From the NCBI GenBank assembly GCA_963666205.1, contig OY762654.1, forward strand, positions 1,003,220-1,067,219: 64,000 bases of DNA, in the 5' to 3' direction. Below, one piece after another: positions 39,971 through 48,384 of the stretch (position 1 is its first letter; the number at the start of each line of letters is the position of its first letter). Position numbers and translations under genes: made by a program. The notes beneath the pieces are model-generated. The model made no database searches and was not told the DNA's origin. It saw only the letters and a program-made list of their open reading frames with translations. The DNA is from Synergistales bacterium. GTDB taxonomy: Bacteria; Synergistota; Synergistia; Synergistales; JAFGMB01.

Positions 39971-40104
39971 ACCCCCCTATCCATCGGGATACCTGTATTT
40001 ATCCATTGCCGCAATACCCTTTAAAGTCCGGATTTAGAATAACATAAAAGCTGGAGTGCCGGTATGACCTGGTATAGAATAAGTCCAGAGAGGAGGGATA
40101 TCCC

Positions 40105-41235
40105 TTGTCCACAGTAGCGCTGATGACGCAGAGAACTTACTCTGAAAAGGAACTTGAAGTCTCCATGGAAAAACTTCTCCAGGAACTTGGAGGGATGGAT
40201 CCCCTTATCAGGCCCGGAGACAGGGTTCTCCTCAAACCGAACATGCTCTCGGCCAGGCCTGTCGCAAAAAGAATAACCACCGATCCCATGGTGGTAAGGA
40301 TCATTGCCCGCATGGTACTGGACTGCGGAGCCAAACCCTTCATAGGTGACAGTCCCGGAATAGAACCCTTTCCCCAGGTGGCTAAAGCCTCAGGCATAGC
40401 GGAAATAGGAGAGGAACTGGGCATACCTGTGATCGAGCTGGATGATCCCGTTCCACTGAACAGGAATGACGATACAAGGTTCAGGAACATAGAAATATCC
40501 TCAAAGGTCATTCAGGCGGATAAAGTAATAAACATCCCAAAGCTCAAGACCCATGCCCAGATGCTTCTCACCCTCGGAGTAAAGAACCTTTTCGGAACAG
40601 TCGTAGCGCAGAGAAAGGCCGAGTGGCACTACAAGGTCGGGCTGGACAGGGACATCTTTGCCTCCCTTCACCTGGACATATACCATGCTATAAGACCTGT
40701 TATTACAATTCTTGACGGGATCTGGGGAATGGAAGGACACGGTCCCGGGAGCGGAACCCCCCGGAACTTCGGGATCCTTGCCGCTTCTGCAGACGCCGTA
40801 GCCCTGGACTGTTCCATCTGCAGAATACTCGGTGTACCCCTTGAGGACTTCCCCCTTTACCGGGAGGCAAAACGCAGAAATATAGGCCAGACAGACCTGG
40901 AGGAAGTTATTTACAGGGGAGATATGGATCCCCTCTCCGTAATTGAAGGAGTGGATATCCCCCGTCTCGACAGCCTTCACGTACTGCCCGGCTTCCTTAA
41001 GTTCTTTGGGAATACCATGATATCCCGTCCCGTCCAGGACCCGAACAGATGCATAGGGTGCGGGGAATGCGTCAGAATCTGCGCCGCCCATGCCATAAAG
41101 CTGGAGGGGAAAAGGCTTGACTACGATTACAGCAAATGCATCCGCTGCTTCTGCTGTCAGGAAGTATGCCCCATCAACGCCATAGGGTTCAAAAAGGGAT
41201 TCTTTCTGAAAGCGATGGAGATCTTCAGAAGGTAA
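40105..41235 (+). CDS. DUF362 domain protein with a C-terminal 2x[4Fe-4S] ferredoxin domain.
   Basis: VLLKPNML...DSPG...INIPKLKTH is DUF362-like. CIGCGECVRICAAHAI and CIRCFCCQEVCPINAI are ferredoxin motifs. The TTG start follows GGAGGG. Confidence 0.75.
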   Translation: MSTVALMTQRTYSEKELEVSMEKLLQELGGMDPLIRPGDRVLLKPNMLSARPVAKRITTDPMVVRIIARMVLDCGAKPFIGDSPGIEPFPQVAKASGIAEIGEELGIPVIELDDPVPLNRNDDTRFRNIEISSKVIQADKVINIPKLKTHAQMLLTLGVKNLFGTVVAQRKAEWHYKVGLDRDIFASLHLDIYHAIRPVITILDGIWGMEGHGPGSGTPRNFGILAASADAVALDCSICRILGVPLEDFPLYREAKRRNIGQTDLEEVIYRGDMDPLSVIEGVDIPRLDSLHVLPGFLKFFGNTMISRPVQDPNRCIGCGECVRICAAHAIKLEGKRLDYDYSKCIRCFCCQEVCPINAIGFKKGFFLKAMEIFRR

Positions 41236-41239
41236 CAAT

Positions 41240-41460
41240 GAATCGAAAATCTAAAATCCAAAATCCAAAATCGGTTAACCGCAGAGGGTCCGCCGTAAAC
41301 CATCGTATAAAACCATTAGACCCAAGTAGTGGCGGACTTTCAGCGCTGAGGTTTCGCAGAGTAACACGCAGGAAGACAAGAACCGTAGGGTGCTGCTTTA
41401 GCGCACCGAAACGACCAAGGTTGATAGATGTCACGAAATCGTAAATTTGTACCAGGAAGG
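41240..41460. repeat. Mosaic repeat patch in inverted orientation: heptamer array, M1, module 5, and a degenerate hairpin B.
   Basis: This is the reverse complement of the module string seen at 29141-29290 and 42829-43000. Confidence 0.9.
41351..41415. repeat. Left arm of the perfect 65-bp inverted repeat bracketing the DUF4143 ATPase gene.
   Basis: By manual reverse-complementing, it is identical to 42829-42893 (GTCGTTTCGGTGCGCTAAAGCAGCACCCTACGGTTCTTGTCTTCCTGCGTGTTACTCTGCGAAAC). Confidence 0.9.
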
Positions 41461-41646
41461 ACTTTCGGATCGGAGGGCACAGAGGAAAACATAAGACATA
41501 AAAACCGTAGACCTTTTCACCTATATCATGAAATCCCTGCCTTATTCATTGAATAAACATAATGTACATGATAATATTTAACCATACTTCAAAAATATCA
41601 TGATAATTTTGAAGTTGACTTAAAAATTATCATAAGAGGTACCTCG

Positions 41647-42825
41647 ATGATCAAAAGATATATTGCAGATATTATCAGGGAAGATCTCCAACATAAAATG
41701 GTGTTCATAGGCGGCCCAAGACAGGTAGGAAAAACTACCCTCGCAAAAATGATAGGTGAAGATTACCCCTCTTTCACCTATCTGAACTGGGATTTCCGCC
41801 CCCACAGAGAAGCTCTTGTAAGATCGACACTACCTGCTGAAACAAATCTCCTGATCCTTGACGAGATCCACAAATATCCTGATTGGAAATCTCTGATAAA
41901 GGGGATCTGGGACACCAGGACAGGCGACGAATCCATTCTGGTAACTGGAAGCTCCAAGCTGGACATTTACAGAAGAGGCGGGGATTCTCTCCTTGGCAGG
42001 TACCACTATTTTCGACTTTATCCTTTGACTCTGAAAGAACTGAATTCTCAAGCTCCCGTAGGCATGGATTTCCCGGATAAAGCTCCGAAACTTGATCTGG
42101 ACTTATCGGGGAAAGGATTGGACAAGCTCCTTTTTTTTGGAGGTTTTCCAGAACCTCTGCTTTCGGAAAGCGAAAGGGTATTGAAAAGGTGGCAAAGAGA
42201 AAGATTTGAAAGGGTCTTCAGAGACGATATCAGGGAAACAGAGAACATAAGATCTCTTGCACAGATAGAGCTTCTGGCAGCTATGCTTCCATCCAGGGTG
42301 ACATCACCCTTATCTCTGAATTCTCTGGCTGAAGACCTGGAAACCAGTTCAAACACAGTAAAAAGCTGGATGGATCTTCTTTGCAGAAATTATTTCACCT
42401 TTAAAATACCTCCATATCACAAGCGTCTTGAAAGGGCTCTCAAAAAAAGTTCTAAATACTATCTTTGGGACTGGTCCGAAATAAAGGATGAAGGTGCACG
42501 TTTTGAAAACCTTATGGCAGTTCATTTGTTGAAATATGCACATTTTATCCAGGACAGCCATGGAATTTCTGTTGAACTGTATTACCTCAGGGATACTGCT
42601 AAACGGGAAGTGGATTTTCTGCTGACTTGGCAAGACAAACCCTGGATTCTTGTCGAAACCAAGGTTAACCATGGTGATAGTTTAACCTCTCTGAACTATT
42701 TTGCAGATAAGCTTGGAGTTGATGAAAAATATGTAGTATGTCTGAATGATAAAAAAGATTACCTCGACAGGAACTCCGGCGTAAGGGTAATACCTGCAAG
42801 CAGATTTCTAATGTCCCTTGTGTGA
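41647..42825 (+). CDS. AAA+ ATPase with a C-terminal DUF4143 (AAA_14 + DUF4143 family).
   Basis: The Walker A is GGPRQVGKTT and the Walker B is LLILDEIH. The length is 392 aa and the RBS is AAGAGGT. Confidence 0.8.
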   Translation: MIKRYIADIIREDLQHKMVFIGGPRQVGKTTLAKMIGEDYPSFTYLNWDFRPHREALVRSTLPAETNLLILDEIHKYPDWKSLIKGIWDTRTGDESILVTGSSKLDIYRRGGDSLLGRYHYFRLYPLTLKELNSQAPVGMDFPDKAPKLDLDLSGKGLDKLLFFGGFPEPLLSESERVLKRWQRERFERVFRDDIRETENIRSLAQIELLAAMLPSRVTSPLSLNSLAEDLETSSNTVKSWMDLLCRNYFTFKIPPYHKRLERALKKSSKYYLWDWSEIKDEGARFENLMAVHLLKYAHFIQDSHGISVELYYLRDTAKREVDFLLTWQDKPWILVETKVNHGDSLTSLNYFADKLGVDEKYVVCLNDKKDYLDRNSGVRVIPASRFLMSLV

Positions 42826-43710
42826 TCAGTCGTTTCGGTGCGCTAAAGCAGCACCCTACGGTTCTTGTCTTCCTGCGTGTTACTCTGCGAAACATTTGCG
42901 CTTACAGTCCGCCTTAACGTCTTTGTAAGATGGTTTGCGGCGGATCCTCTGCGGTAAACCGATTTTAGATTTTGGATTTTAGATTTTGGATTAGATCCAT
43001 TGAGTTCCTCCGTGGTGAAAGGGTTTTAACGGTTCAGCTTTACGGTTCTTAGGTTTAACTCGTGCAAAATAGTATCACCGTTTTGCGCAGTAGAAAAAAG
43101 ATTTGAGGGCTTCCTCTGCGCTCTCTGCGCCCTCTGCGGTAAAATAGCTTTTGATTTTGACCTGGGTTCCCTCCGTGGTGAAAGGGTTTAACGGTTCAGC
43201 TTTACGGGTTTTCATGGCACAAAGCTGCGCTTTCGTGCCTCCACAAAACCTTTATCTCAGTAGCATCTGGTCCGAATGTACGAATCTTTCATCTTACTCC
43301 TGAAGAGTTACCCCAAGGGTTTATGTCTTCCTCTGCGCTCTCTGCGCCCTCTGCGGTAAAATAGCTTTTGACTTTGACCTGGGTTTCCCTCCGTGTACCT
43401 CCGTGCCCTCCGTGGTGAAAAAGTTTGGGGTGGATGTTATAGTTACTGGTTTTATTGTTTCCATGGCACAAATCTCCGATTTCGTGCCTCCCCAAAACCT
43501 TTATCTCAGTAGCATCTGGTCTGAATGGATGTTGACATGGAACTCAACTTTATCTTACCGGCCCGAAGGTCCGCCCGTCCACGGTTTGTTTAGATGGGTT
43601 TTGGCGGATTTCCTCTGTGCTCTCTGCGCCCTCTGCGGTAAAACAGCTTTTGACTTTGACCTGGTTTCCCTCCGTGGTACTCCGTGTCCTCCGTGGTGAA
43701 AAGGTTTGGG
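42826..43710. repeat. Mosaic repeat array: four consecutive M1-linker-M2-hairpin super-units.
   Basis: M1 blocks lie at about 42945, 43113, 43328 and 43610. M2 blocks lie at about 43005, 43168, 43385 and 43665. Hairpin A lies at 43062-43088. Hairpin B copies lie at 43216-43239 and 43465-43488. Confidence 0.9.
42829..42893. repeat. Right arm of the 65-bp perfect inverted repeat.
   Basis: It begins 3 nt after the ATPase stop codon. See 41351-41415. Confidence 0.9.
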
Positions 43711-45075
43711 TCAGGATCTCCAATAATCACATACCAGGTCTTCCAGCCTTACCAGGTTAATATCCTCTGATGATTCCAACCCCTTGAAACCTGACCTGGA
43801 GAATATATAAAATACCGTTCTGCTGCAATCCCTTCCGACTACTTTCCGGATCTTGTCAGCCTTACCTGCCAGATCCATGAAAACCCTTGAATTTGCCGGC
43901 TCACGAGTCCATTTACATTCACCAAGCACCAGGGTCTCGCCCTTTACAGCCACTATATCAACCTCATCCTCACCATCCCACCACCTGCCCATACCTTCAG
44001 GGTTTATCCAATCTTTCAGAACCTGCCTGCAGATCTTCTCCCAGGTAAAGGAAGTATGCATAGAAAGAGTGGATGAGATCTTTTCCTGGACATCAGACCC
44101 TCTCTCCCTATAGATAAGTTCCTGATCGTCCAGCAGATACCTGAAATAAAAACGCAGATACTCATCCTCGATGAAGTACAGGGGGATCTTTTTAGGTCTT
44201 TTCAGGGAGAAGGGAAGTTCCTTGCGGATCAGTCCAAGCTCAAGGAGATTCCTCAGGTAAGTTGAAATGTTCTGATGGGGAATACCAGTGATCTGTGCTA
44301 TTTCGGATGCCCTGGTCCTGCCCTTTGCAATTGTCCTCAGGATCGAAAAATATGAAGTTGGATCCTTTTTGAACTCCTCCATAACCAGAAAACGGCCCTC
44401 TTCCACTAGAAATTCACCAGGGCTCAGCATCGATTCCTTCAGTGCATTATTAAAAGAACCGTGTCCAGACATCTTCTTGAGATAAAGAGGAATTCCCCCA
44501 ACTGCAGAATATGTTTTTACCTGGTCTTCCATGTTCAGGTCAGGTAAAAATTTTCTTGCCTGCAGAAATCCCATAGGATCGATACGGTATTGCCCTGTTC
44601 TTCTGCCATATATGGGACTGCTCTCTGCCAGGGTGATTCTTTCCATCATGCCGATAAAGGAACCGCAAAGCACCATCATCACCGGCAGTTTACTGAATAC
44701 CTGATCCCACCATCTCTGAAAAAGGGAAAGAAAGGAATCATCCTTGATGGGAATATACTGAAATTCGTCCCATACGATAACCAGTTTTTCTCTGGATAAT
44801 TTGATCATCTTTTCCAGAAGGGAGAACATCTCATCCCATTTAGTGACTTCCAGAGACAAAGGCAGTTCTGCTTTTTCTTTAAGGGGAATAGAGAACCTGT
44901 TGATCAGCTGCTGCGGTTCAGACATATCAGCAGTCAGGAAAAGAGCTCCGGGAAATGTGTTCTCAAGGAGGAAAGTCTTCCCTACCCTTCTCCTGCCATA
45001 TATAACGACCAGCTCTGCATTTTCAGACCTGAACTTTTTTTCAAGAAATTCTTTCTCCTGTATCCGATCTATCAT
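43711..45075 (-). CDS. ATP-binding protein (archaeal-type ATPase domain + DUF234).
   Basis: The Walker A is YGRRRVGKTF and the Walker B is VIVWDEFQ. The C-terminal region is DUF234-like. The ATG at 45075 follows GGGGGTG. The maximal ORF extends to 45162. Confidence 0.8.
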   Translation of the reverse strand: MIDRIQEKEFLEKKFRSENAELVVIYGRRRVGKTFLLENTFPGALFLTADMSEPQQLINRFSIPLKEKAELPLSLEVTKWDEMFSLLEKMIKLSREKLVIVWDEFQYIPIKDDSFLSLFQRWWDQVFSKLPVMMVLCGSFIGMMERITLAESSPIYGRRTGQYRIDPMGFLQARKFLPDLNMEDQVKTYSAVGGIPLYLKKMSGHGSFNNALKESMLSPGEFLVEEGRFLVMEEFKKDPTSYFSILRTIAKGRTRASEIAQITGIPHQNISTYLRNLLELGLIRKELPFSLKRPKKIPLYFIEDEYLRFYFRYLLDDQELIYRERGSDVQEKISSTLSMHTSFTWEKICRQVLKDWINPEGMGRWWDGEDEVDIVAVKGETLVLGECKWTREPANSRVFMDLAGKADKIRKVVGRDCSRTVFYIFSRSGFKGLESSEDINLVRLEDLVCDYWRS

Positions 45076-45164
45076 ATGCGCACCCCCAAAATCAAAAAAT
45101 ACAGAAGATATATTCTGCAAATATATCTTCTGTATTTTAAGGGCTGCTCTTATAAATTGCAAAT

Positions 45165-45547
45165 AGTCCTTTCGGTGCGCTCTCTGCGGTAAACCAGCTT
45201 TTGCCTTAGGTTTTATGTTTTCCTCAGATATTCCTCCGTACCCTCCGCAGTAAAAGTGTCTACTGTTTTCAGGTTTTATGTTTCCCTCTGTGCCCTCCAG
45301 GTCTAATCTTTACCATGGCACAAAGCTGCGCTTTCGTGCCTCCACAAAACCTTAAAGTTAAGATGTAATCTATCTGAACTGTCAAAAAAGGAATAAATCC
45401 TGAATATTATGTCAAAGAAGTCTTGTTTTCCTCATGTTTTACCTCTGCGGTACTCTGCGTGACCCCTGCGCCCTCTGCGGTAAAACAGGTTTTGACTTTG
45501 ACCTGGGTTTCCCTCCGTGGTGAAAGGGTTTTAACGGTTCAGCTTTA
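45165..45547. repeat. Mosaic repeat patch.
   Basis: M1 blocks lie at about 45178 and about 45440-45485. A degenerate M2 lies at about 45230 and an M2 at about 45510. Hairpin B lies at 45317-45340. The terminal module TTTTAACGGTTCAGCTTTACGG overlaps the stop codon of the next gene. Confidence 0.9.
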
Positions 45548-47686
45548 CGGGGTATCTCCCCTTCGGTAATTCCCGCTCAGGTAATCATACAACCCATACA
45601 CCCGCACCGGATCCTCCAATACCCTGCCCCCCATATCCGCACAGTACCTCTCCAGTTCCTGGTATAGATTCTTCCCCAGCACATCCGGGTTAAGCTGCCT
45701 CAGAAGCTGTTCCGGGGTCTGCCAGGCACCGGGCTGACGGGCAGCATAGTAATTCCATGTAGACAGAAGGGTGAATTCCGAAGTCCATGTGTGGGCACTT
45801 TCCCTGCCGAACCAGTAATCCGCCGGTATCTCCAGATACATGCCAGCATTGCTGTAACTTTTGTCCATGGTCAGGTTATCCGTTCTGGCGATCCAGAATC
45901 CCACACCAAGGTTGTTCCACCACCTGGTCGCAGAAAACCTGGCACCCCAGTCACCGTCTATAAAGACACCGTACTCTCCAGTAAGGTCAAGGTCATAAAC
46001 AGGATCATGATAACCGGCCTGGGCCCAGTACTCCCACCACCACTCATCATCCGGATAACCTCTTCCCACGGTTATCCTGCCCGTTCCTCCGAATGTCACC
46101 GGCTTATCAGCCAGGGAAGCGAAACCCTCGGGGTCCCTTTCATGGACCACGCTCATCCGGCCCCCTACCCACCATCGGCCGTCATCGCTGTAAAACCTGG
46201 CCCATGCATTTCCGCCGAACCACTGGGCATCCAGCCACCCGGCCTCACCCAGGGCAAAGAACCTGTCGTTTATCTTGTAAAGGTAACTGAGAACACCCTT
46301 CCATATGCGGGTTTCGTCATTGGTCTCGGGTTCCCAGTAAATATCTATATCGTTATCGATGGGCTGGCGGATATCCATAATGGCCTCCCAGCCATGGCTC
46401 GACCTCATGCGGTAGATCCAGTCAACACTCCAGCGGTCCATATAATCTTCCTGGAGGGTCCTGTCGATGCGGGGTTCGTAGACAAGCATGGCCTTGAATT
46501 CCGAATTGCCCTTATGTCCCGACCTGCCAGGACCATAGTGGACAGGCCACTTGTCACGGAAAAGATCATCCCGGACCCAGGTGATTTCAGCCCCGGCCGC
46601 ATCGGTTGCACTTATGTCGCCAAGGCGCAGTAGACCGCACTGGTAACCGGGAACTTCAAGAACACTGATGGCCTCGCCTCGAAGCCTTGGCACCAGGAAA
46701 AGGCTTTCCGTATCCCATGGAAGAAGCAGGGAAGTAAGGGTCATAACCCGGGCCATGGCCTCAGCCTGGGACGTATAGCCGATATTCTCGTAGGCCACAA
46801 GGACTCTCCTGTCACCGATGAACACCTCCACATCCCGAACACCGACCCTGTTTCCGACATACTCCACAATCTGCTCTGCAAGACCTTCCAGGTCAGTTTT
46901 CTCCCAGTCGGGAAGGGTTACATCTGAAGATTCGGGAAGTGCATATTTCTTTTTATTTTTCCCGAAAAAGGGCTTCGTGAGGTCAAAATTGTATGAAAGG
47001 CCGAAACACCACTCCTCACCCCTCTGATAACTCAGGGAAGCATCCACACCCCAGGGGGTCTTCGCCACAAATCCCGCATTTACCTTTGAATCGACATCCT
47101 CCGCGATGATCCGTCTGGAACCTATAGTATCCTGGCTGTAATCCAGAGGGCTGTACTCAGCCTTGACCTCAAGCCAGTCATAGGGCTGCCATGAAAGGCC
47201 GCCGAAAAAGCCGTTAAGTCTGTCGCTGCCATAACCCCATGTGAGGGCAAGCCTGTCCCATTCCCAGGTGGCCACGCTGTAATAGGCCTGCATTATCTTC
47301 GTACCCAGAATGTCCGTAACGCCAAAGGCAACACTGGGGCGGCACTCATCCTGTTGAAACATGAGAAATTTAAGGTCAATGGCCTTGTCCTTGTATTTTC
47401 CGTAACCTTCCGATATCTGTGGCCCCGTAGCGAAACGGGTAAGGCGCAGGTTCAGTTCCATCCAGGGAAAATAACCGAGGGAAATGTAGTATGGCCTGTA
47501 GGGCTCGAACCATGAAATGCCCACCCTGCCCATACCGTCACCGGGCACCTGTGCCGTGGGGTACTCCCACAGGCCGAGGAATCCAGCATTGGAAGGACTT
47601 GCTCCGTATGAACTGCCTGTAAAGGCTGTAATAAGTAACAGAGAAAAGACAAAGACCGTTAAAAATATCCTGCGAAAAATGACCAA
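45545..47686 (-). CDS. YjbH/GfcD-family outer-membrane exopolysaccharide-associated protein.
   Basis: A signal peptide is present. GLWEYPTAQVPGDGMGRVGISWFEPYRPYYISLGYFPWMELNLRLTRF parallels the YjbH N-terminal motif pattern. The protein is 713 aa and rich in Trp, Tyr and Gly, consistent with a beta-barrel. Confidence 0.65.
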   Translation of the reverse strand: MVIFRRIFLTVFVFSLLLITAFTGSSYGASPSNAGFLGLWEYPTAQVPGDGMGRVGISWFEPYRPYYISLGYFPWMELNLRLTRFATGPQISEGYGKYKDKAIDLKFLMFQQDECRPSVAFGVTDILGTKIMQAYYSVATWEWDRLALTWGYGSDRLNGFFGGLSWQPYDWLEVKAEYSPLDYSQDTIGSRRIIAEDVDSKVNAGFVAKTPWGVDASLSYQRGEEWCFGLSYNFDLTKPFFGKNKKKYALPESSDVTLPDWEKTDLEGLAEQIVEYVGNRVGVRDVEVFIGDRRVLVAYENIGYTSQAEAMARVMTLTSLLLPWDTESLFLVPRLRGEAISVLEVPGYQCGLLRLGDISATDAAGAEITWVRDDLFRDKWPVHYGPGRSGHKGNSEFKAMLVYEPRIDRTLQEDYMDRWSVDWIYRMRSSHGWEAIMDIRQPIDNDIDIYWEPETNDETRIWKGVLSYLYKINDRFFALGEAGWLDAQWFGGNAWARFYSDDGRWWVGGRMSVVHERDPEGFASLADKPVTFGGTGRITVGRGYPDDEWWWEYWAQAGYHDPVYDLDLTGEYGVFIDGDWGARFSATRWWNNLGVGFWIARTDNLTMDKSYSNAGMYLEIPADYWFGRESAHTWTSEFTLLSTWNYYAARQPGAWQTPEQLLRQLNPDVLGKNLYQELERYCADMGGRVLEDPVRVYGLYDYLSGNYRRGDTP

Positions 47687-47724
47687 CCACTCCCCGAAGA
47701 AAAGTCAAACAAAAAACGAACCAG

Positions 47725-47895
47725 AACAATTTTACCGCAGAGGACGCAGAGAACGCAGAGGAAAGCGTAACCCTGAGTGAACCATTTTTCTTTAACCTGC
47801 TGCGTATATATTTCCGAGTTCATCCGCTCAGACCTTATCCAACTTAGACTGAGGTTAATGGATGTCACATAATCATAGATTTGTGCCAGGAGAAA
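47725..47895. repeat. Inverted copy of the hairpin B-tail-M1 element (about 165 bp).
   Basis: The reverse complement aligns along its length with 51753-51925. Hairpin B lies at 47864-47887 and M1 at 47731-47761. Confidence 0.85.
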
Positions 47896-47930
47896 CTCTA
47901 GCCATAAATTCTGGCTGGTTACTGGATTTA

Positions 47931-48308
47931 CTACAGCCCGTTGGCAAATCGGGTTATACCATCCTTAAGTTTGACTACATTGAAATTAATAAGCAATCCT
48001 AGTTTCTTGCCGCTCAGTTTCAAGTAAGAAAGGATCTGAGCCTTATGTATATCCGTTATTTTTTCAACGGATTTAAGTTCAATAATAATCTCGTCCTCTA
48101 CAACCAGATCCAGACGATAACCCAAGTCTATTTTGACTTCATCATAAATCACAGGAAGAACTTTCTGGGACTCAACTTTAAAGCCTCTTTTATTTAATTC
48201 ATAACAAAGACAAGCTTCATATGAACTTTCGAGAAGACCCGGACCTAAAGCAGAATGTACTTTAACAGCGCTATCAATAATTTCTTTGCTTATCTCATTT
48301 ATCTCCAT
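47931..48308 (-). CDS. GxxExxY protein (small PD-(D/E)XK nuclease-superfamily protein).
   Basis: A 125-aa protein with GPGLLESSYEACLCYEL (the GxxExxY motif) and D...ELK core residues. It is a paralog of 55280..55657. Confidence 0.85.
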   Translation of the reverse strand: MEINEISKEIIDSAVKVHSALGPGLLESSYEACLCYELNKRGFKVESQKVLPVIYDEVKIDLGYRLDLVVEDEIIIELKSVEKITDIHKAQILSYLKLSGKKLGLLINFNVVKLKDGITRFANGL

Positions 48309-48384
48309 AGGTCTGAATACCCCCCAATTCAGTCATGACAAAACCCTAACCATTCTACAACAAAATTGTTTTTGGTTTTGCCTC

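Noticed and set aside
42960-43014. A mini-ORF on the minus strand of the long linker, with a strong SD (GGAGG-N6-ATG), encoding MDLIQNLKSKI.
   Set aside because: The copy at 28660-28680 gives MDLI-stop with a weakened SD (GGAGA). Nothing consistent lies downstream to be regulated. The SD-like GGAGG is just the complement of the CCTCC in M2. It is worth revisiting only if Ribo-seq shows occupancy.
43214-43239. The TGGCAC at the 5' side of hairpin B as a sigma-54 (-24/-12) promoter.
   Set aside because: The -12 GC element is missing or mis-spaced. The variants are TGGCAC-N5-TACG and TGGCACAAAGCTGCG, the latter with TGC one position too early. The motif occurs in both orientations irrespective of downstream genes, and the paired-substitution pattern fits a hairpin instead.
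42826-43710. Regularly spaced short repeats that might be a CRISPR array.
   Set aside because: The repeated units are heterogeneous (7-9-mers in phased triplets, plus two different hairpins). The intervening sequences are themselves repeated at other loci. Spacing is irregular (215-280 bp super-units). No cas genes or leader are present.
47731-47761. An Arg-rich peptide frame (F)YRRGRRERRG across inverted M1 blocks, in which three copies differ only at apparent third-codon positions (GGG/GGA/GGT, GAG/GAA).
   Set aside because: Other M1 copies have spacer dinucleotides that would give Asp or Val. The frame is not open over a consistent length and has no consistent start. The 7-mer-plus-2-nt-spacer structure explains the pattern without invoking coding.
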